DNA from: Lachnospiraceae bacterium
GTDB lineage: Bacteria; Bacillota; Negativicutes; Veillonellales; Dialisteraceae
Assembly (NCBI GenBank): GCA_963615055.1
Contig: CAVEFO010000001.1
Span: 48,948-112,947, forward strand
Direction of reading: 5' to 3'
DNA length: 64,000 bases
Shown here: one piece after another, positions 60,066-64,000 of the stretch
How positions within the stretch are numbered: the first letter of the stretch is position 1
Layout of the letters: every line of letters begins with the position of its first letter
Program-made: the position numbers and the translations under genes
Notes under the pieces: generated by a model
Databases searched by the model: none
Told to the model about the DNA's origin: nothing
What the model saw: the letters and a program-made list of their open reading frames with translations, nothing else

Positions 60066-61355
60066 CGGCACGATCGACGCGCAATGCGGCATGATATTGA
60101 TCGTGTAATCCTCCTTGCCTTCTCGCGCCAGCTGCTCTTTCGCCAGTTTCCAAGCTTCCTCGACCGTCGCGACAGGAATCTGATGCGTCTTCTTCACCGC
60201 CTCAAAATTTTCCGGCTTCGTCACGAGATAAATCGTGTAGCGATGCGCCATGCTGAAAAGATTGAACGCAACGAAGAACGGAATCGTAAAGCAATCCCGC
60301 AGCGCGCGCTCCATGTCCTCCTGCTTCTCAAAACGGAAACTGTCCATGTATTCCTTCGGTTCGTAAATGTCCCGCGCTTCCATGATCGCAATGATGATTC
60401 CGCCTTCCTTCGTCGCCGCTTCCGCCGGATCATAGCATTTCGTCCCCTGATAGAGCGACACGTCCTTCGGATAACCGCCCGCGCACGCAAAACTCACATC
60501 CGATTTCTGTTTGAAAGAAACACGCTGAATCGCATAGACTTCCTTCGTCCCCGCCAGCCACGCTTCATACGGATCGCCGCCGACCATTTTGCAAATTTGT
60601 CCCTCCGAATTCAGCACGGAATGGATAAGGAAACACGGCTTTATCATATCCGCCGCTTCCTGCATATCATCGCTCACCACATTATCCGCAAGCTGCGTGC
60701 TCCGCGTCTTCGGATTCACACCGGCACCGAATGTATCCGCCAGCGCATGGCAATGATTCTTCTGCACCGTATCCCAACCGGCGACCCCCGGCAAAATCAA
60801 TTTCCGCCCACCGCCGTAGCCCGCGAAAAGATGCGTCGTGATGCCATTCACCAAAATGACCCGATCCGCTTCGACCACGTGCCGATTCAGCCACACCGGC
60901 GTCCCGATCTTCGTATCGCCCATGTAGACCAGCTCGTCTTTATTGCGGCTGTCGTGCTGCACCAGACGAATGCGACGGCACACCTCCTCGCCCACCGTGC
61001 GGACATTCTCCTCCGCCGTATGCGCGCGATGCGTCCCCTGCGCGAAAACAATCACCTGATCCTCATCCGGGATCCCGGCCGCATTCAGCTCATTTACGAT
61101 ATGAATCACAAAATCCGCCGAATGATTCCATGAACGCGTCACATCCGCGCACACGAGACACACCTTCTCACCCGGCTTTACAATCTCCGCCAACGGCTTT
61201 GATCCGATCGGATGGCGCATACAATCAATCGTCGCTTCCTTCACATCGATCGCCGGCACCGCCTTCCCTTCCAGCACATCCGACACATGCTTCTCAGGAA
61301 GCATCACACTCTGCGTCCCCGTCCCGAAACCGAACGTATATTCCTTCAATCCCAT
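60054..61355 (-). CDS. LarA-like (nickel-dependent lactate racemase family) protein
   Basis: Start at MGLKEYTFGFGTG with a GGGGAGGG Shine-Dalgarno. Layout matches the LarA/DUF2088 family (..THLFAGYGGGRK..). Family assignment is from memory. Confidence 0.6.
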   Translation of the reverse strand: MGLKEYTFGFGTGTQSVMLPEKHVSDVLEGKAVPAIDVKEATIDCMRHPIGSKPLAEIVKPGEKVCLVCADVTRSWNHSADFVIHIVNELNAAGIPDEDQVIVFAQGTHRAHTAEENVRTVGEEVCRRIRLVQHDSRNKDELVYMGDTKIGTPVWLNRHVVEADRVILVNGITTHLFAGYGGGRKLILPGVAGWDTVQKNHCHALADTFGAGVNPKTRSTQLADNVVSDDMQEAADMIKPCFLIHSVLNSEGQICKMVGGDPYEAWLAGTKEVYAIQRVSFKQKSDVSFACAGGYPKDVSLYQGTKCYDPAEAATKEGGIIIAIMEARDIYEPKEYMDSFRFEKQEDMERALRDCFTIPFFVAFNLFSMAHRYTIYLVTKPENFEAVKKTHQIPVATVEEAWKLAKEQLAREGKEDYTINIMPHCASIVPVAE

Positions 61356-61460
61356 CGAAAATCCCTCCCCTATCCATACAAATGAAAATTTTTTCCATTT
61401 TATCATAAGAAACGGAAACCGAAAAGACAGCGCCCGCCCATTTCCTTTTCGACCATCAAA

Positions 61461-61491
61461 CTCGCGTATCCTATAGCGCGAGCTTTTTATT
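61461..61491 (+). terminator. terminator-like hairpin upstream of the recombinase gene
   Basis: CTCGCG/CGCGAG stem followed by CTTTTTATT. No plus-strand gene upstream that it would obviously terminate. Confidence 0.35.
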
Positions 61492-61510
61492 GTGAGAAAA
61501 GAGGAAATCC

Positions 61511-62119
61511 ATGGGACAAATCTACGCCTACATCCGCGTCAGCACCCGCGACCAAAAAGAAGATCGGCAGCTTCTCGCCATGAGACAACTCCCGATCCCG
61601 AAAGAAAATATTTTTATCGACAAACAATCCGGCCAAAACTTTGATCGACCGCAATACCGAAAATTACTCCGCTGCCTACAAAAAGATGATCTGCTCTACA
61701 TCAAAAGCCTCGATCGCCTCGGACGAAATTACAAAGAAATCCCCGAAGAATGGCGGCGACTCACCAAAGAAAAAGGCATCGATATCGTCGTCCTCGATAT
61801 GCCCCTCCTCGATACCCGCCGCGGCAAAGACCTCCTCGGCACCTTCCTCAGCGACATCGTACTCCAAGTCCTCTCCTTCATCGCGGAAAACGAACGCGAA
61901 AACATCCGATGCCGCCAAGCCGAAGGCATCGCCGCCGCCAAAGAAAGAGGCGTCCGCTTCGGCCGTCCGCCCGCGCCGCTGCCGAAAAACTTTACAACCG
62001 TTTATCTGCGCTGGCAATCCGGAGAACTCACAGAAAAAGCCGCCGCCAAATCCTGCGCCATGCCCCTCTCCACCTTCCGCTACCGCGCCAAACACTACAA
62101 GCCGGAGCCGGAAACGTGA
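61511..62119 (+). CDS. small serine recombinase (resolvase/invertase family)
   Basis: 202 aa. Catalytic N-terminus YAYIRVSTRDQ and a C-terminal HTH. Typical size for Hin/Gin/Pin-type invertases. Confidence 0.85.
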   Translation: MGQIYAYIRVSTRDQKEDRQLLAMRQLPIPKENIFIDKQSGQNFDRPQYRKLLRCLQKDDLLYIKSLDRLGRNYKEIPEEWRRLTKEKGIDIVVLDMPLLDTRRGKDLLGTFLSDIVLQVLSFIAENERENIRCRQAEGIAAAKERGVRFGRPPAPLPKNFTTVYLRWQSGELTEKAAAKSCAMPLSTFRYRAKHYKPEPET

Positions 62120-62129
62120 AATCCTTTCG

Positions 62130-62278
62130 CCGTTACAAAAATGTGTACTTTTTTGCAAACCATTATTTCTAAAATTTCAAATTCATTATACCGCAAAAAT
62201 ACGCCGTTTCAAAGACGACGGGAAAACAGATTTTTCTCAATTTGACCGTTGCAAAAAAGTACACTTTTTTAACAACGG
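62130..62278. promoter_or_regulatory. candidate invertible promoter segment (inverton)
   Basis: 31/32-bp imperfect inverted repeats at 62130-62160 and 62247-62278, with a 16-bp perfect core GTGTACTTTTTTGCAA / TTGCAAAAAAGTACAC. Lies between the recombinase stop and the glycosyltransferase start. Confidence 0.6.
62185..62212 (-). promoter_or_regulatory. promoter inside the invertible segment (currently facing away from the GT genes)
   Basis: On the minus strand: TTGAAA (62207-62212), 16 nt, TATAAT (62185-62190). Confidence 0.5.
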
Positions 62279-62288
62279 AGAATCGGTA

Positions 62289-63842
62289 ATGAAAAAAATC
62301 GGTCTTGTGCTGTCTTGCGCTGTTCTTGTCATATATTCTCTATTTTGGATTGGATGCTGTCTGCTCAACTTATTTTTCTCTTACGTCCCCTATTCCTGCA
62401 AAAAAACATTTTTATTTTCCAATTTACAACTGCTTCTCTTTGGCCTCCTATCCGTCATTCTTTTTTGGATTTTCTCCTATTGGTTATCTCAAAAAAATTT
62501 TTCTCTTTCCTTTCCAAAATGCGACATCAACATTTTGACGCTGATACTTTTTGTTGTGCAAGCCTACGTTTTCTACAATACCTATTTTTACACAAACCAG
62601 TGGGACCCGGCCGCGATATATGGAAATGCAGAAATCATCTCCAGAGGAGCTACCGAAGGCCTCAATCACTTTTATTTCTCCAGATATCCTAATAATATCG
62701 GAATTGTTTGTTTCCAATCCATTCTGCTCCGTCTCAATCGAATCAGTGGCGTCTGGGATCCTGAAGGCCACTTTCTGATGATTTTGGTGCAATGTCTGTT
62801 GTCGTCTTGGACAGGAAAACTCCTCTACGACACCGTATGCCGCCTGACCGATTCCGGGAAATATGCTCTTCTAAGCTGGCTATTCTATATCGTTTTGCTC
62901 GGATTATCCGGTTGGAACATCATCACCTACACCGACATGATGAGCCTTATTTTCCCCATCGCCATTTTCAGCGTGTATCTCTCTTTGCAAAACGAAAAAA
63001 GAATCCTGTTGAAATGGATCGTCATCATCGGTTTGACGTATTGGGGCAGTCTGATAAAGCCAACCGTTGCCATTATCTTTTTGGCACTTCTTATCACGGA
63101 AATCATCCAACTCCTAAAACATTTCAATCTCGAAACATGGCGCCGAAAATTTAAATTTTTTATTAAAACCGCAATCGCCGGAGGCGTCTGTATTCTGCTG
63201 TTTTCAATGGGATATCAAGCCGCCGTTCGTTCAACCGGCTTAAACATCAATAAAAATGCATACGTCGGCGCCCTCCACTTCATGATGATGGGCCTAAACC
63301 CCGATAACCATGGCGTTTTCCACAAAAACGACACACTTTTATCTGCCAATATTACCAATCCATCCGAACGAACACATGCTCAAATCCAAACGATAAAAAA
63401 ACGTTTACACGATTATGGCCCCAAAGGATTCGCCAAACACATAGCAAAAAAATCTCTCATCAATTTCAATGACGGCACTTTTGCGTGGAGATGCGAGGGA
63501 GGCTTTTTTGATGTTATTTATCCGAACAAAAACAAAAAAGCAGCTCCGTTCTTACAAAGCTTATATCTCATAAATGGAAGCCGATATCGCTATCTTGCCG
63601 CACTGGAACAATGGGTATGGATGCTGACTCTTTTCACCTCCATCGGGCTGATCCTGATTAAAAAGAAAGCAGCTTTGGTTATTCTCCTATCTTTAATCGG
63701 TATCATTCTGTTCCACTCTCTGTTTGAAGCCCGGGCTCGGTATCTAATCCTATATGTTCCATTCTTCATCATGGCGTCCATTCTCTCCTTACATCATGGC
63801 GAAATGTATTGGCAAGAAAAATTACAAGGCCATTTTTTTTAG
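62289..63842 (+). CDS. polytopic membrane glycosyltransferase-like protein (GT39/ArnT-like)
   Basis: Start at the ATG at 62289 (MKKIGLVLSCAVLVIYSLFW) with an ACGGAG Shine-Dalgarno. The ORF-track extension to 61641 overlaps the recombinase gene in another frame. About 12 hydrophobic segments. Low GC. Confidence 0.6.
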   Translation: MKKIGLVLSCAVLVIYSLFWIGCCLLNLFFSYVPYSCKKTFLFSNLQLLLFGLLSVILFWIFSYWLSQKNFSLSFPKCDINILTLILFVVQAYVFYNTYFYTNQWDPAAIYGNAEIISRGATEGLNHFYFSRYPNNIGIVCFQSILLRLNRISGVWDPEGHFLMILVQCLLSSWTGKLLYDTVCRLTDSGKYALLSWLFYIVLLGLSGWNIITYTDMMSLIFPIAIFSVYLSLQNEKRILLKWIVIIGLTYWGSLIKPTVAIIFLALLITEIIQLLKHFNLETWRRKFKFFIKTAIAGGVCILLFSMGYQAAVRSTGLNINKNAYVGALHFMMMGLNPDNHGVFHKNDTLLSANITNPSERTHAQIQTIKKRLHDYGPKGFAKHIAKKSLINFNDGTFAWRCEGGFFDVIYPNKNKKAAPFLQSLYLINGSRYRYLAALEQWVWMLTLFTSIGLILIKKKAALVILLSLIGIILFHSLFEARARYLILYVPFFIMASILSLHHGEMYWQEKLQGHFF

Positions 63843-63857
63843 AAAGGGTTCAATGAA

Positions 63858-64000
63858 ATGAAAACCGATTCACTGTATATTGTCATGCCAGCCTATAACG
63901 AAGAAGACAATATCAAATCCGTGGTGAATGCGTGGTATCCCCTTTTGGAGGGAAAAGCAGAAACGTCTAAATTAGTCATTGCTGACAGCGGCAGCACCGA
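63858..64000 (+). CDS. family-2 glycosyltransferase (5' part; continues past the window)
   Basis: MKTDSLYIVMPAYNEEDNIKSVVNAWYPLLEG..., a typical GT2 N-terminus. Confidence 0.65.
   Translation, partial: MKTDSLYIVMPAYNEEDNIKSVVNAWYPLLEGKAETSKLVIADSGST

Noticed and set aside
61641-62288. N-terminal 216-aa extension of the track ORF 61641-63842, which overlaps the recombinase gene.
   Set aside because: It is in a different frame of the well-supported serine recombinase gene, is Pro/Ser/Lys-rich, and runs through the inverted-repeat switch. The hydrophobic protein starts cleanly at the ATG at 62289 with its own Shine-Dalgarno.

Overview
About 55% GC by eye. The window looks like chromosome from a diderm Firmicute of the Negativicutes type. 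Firmicute-style operons (fapR-plsX-fabH-fabD; ylxM-ffh-rpsP-khpA-ylqD-rimM-trmD; rpoB-rpoC) lie beside outer-membrane and LPS functions: a secretin, a short LptD/OstA-like barrel and HldE heptose synthesis. Other core genes are an ABC-F ATPase, pgi, a PiT/DUF47 phosphate module, rubrerythrin, a LysR regulator divergent from PFOR (nifJ), dapL, ychF, yebC, copA, a LarA-like protein and one tRNA-Leu(UAG).

Accessory content:
1. A complete type II-A CRISPR-Cas locus (tracrRNA, cas9, cas1, cas2, csn2). Its array has only two repeats and one spacer. cas9 is cut by one in-frame TAG just before a low-GC PAM-interacting-domain segment.
2. An orphan nitrogenase-like H/D/K operon beside rpoB with no cofactor-maturation genes.
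3. A SCIFF peptide gene (too short for the ORF track) with its radical-SAM maturase.
4. A serine recombinase next to a roughly 150-bp segment bounded by inverted, dyad-symmetric sites. The segment carries a near-consensus promoter that currently points away from a low-GC glycosyltransferase operon, so it is a candidate invertible phase-variation switch.
5. A candidate type I toxin-antitoxin-like locus encoding a 20-aa hydrophobic peptide.
6. A family of intergenic mosaic repeats: tandem and inverted units of about 70 nt, heptamer tracts and short GC hairpins, seen at six or more loci.

All calls come from reading the translations and the DNA by eye. No searches were run. Promoter, terminator and repeat coordinates are hand-derived and may be off by a few nt.
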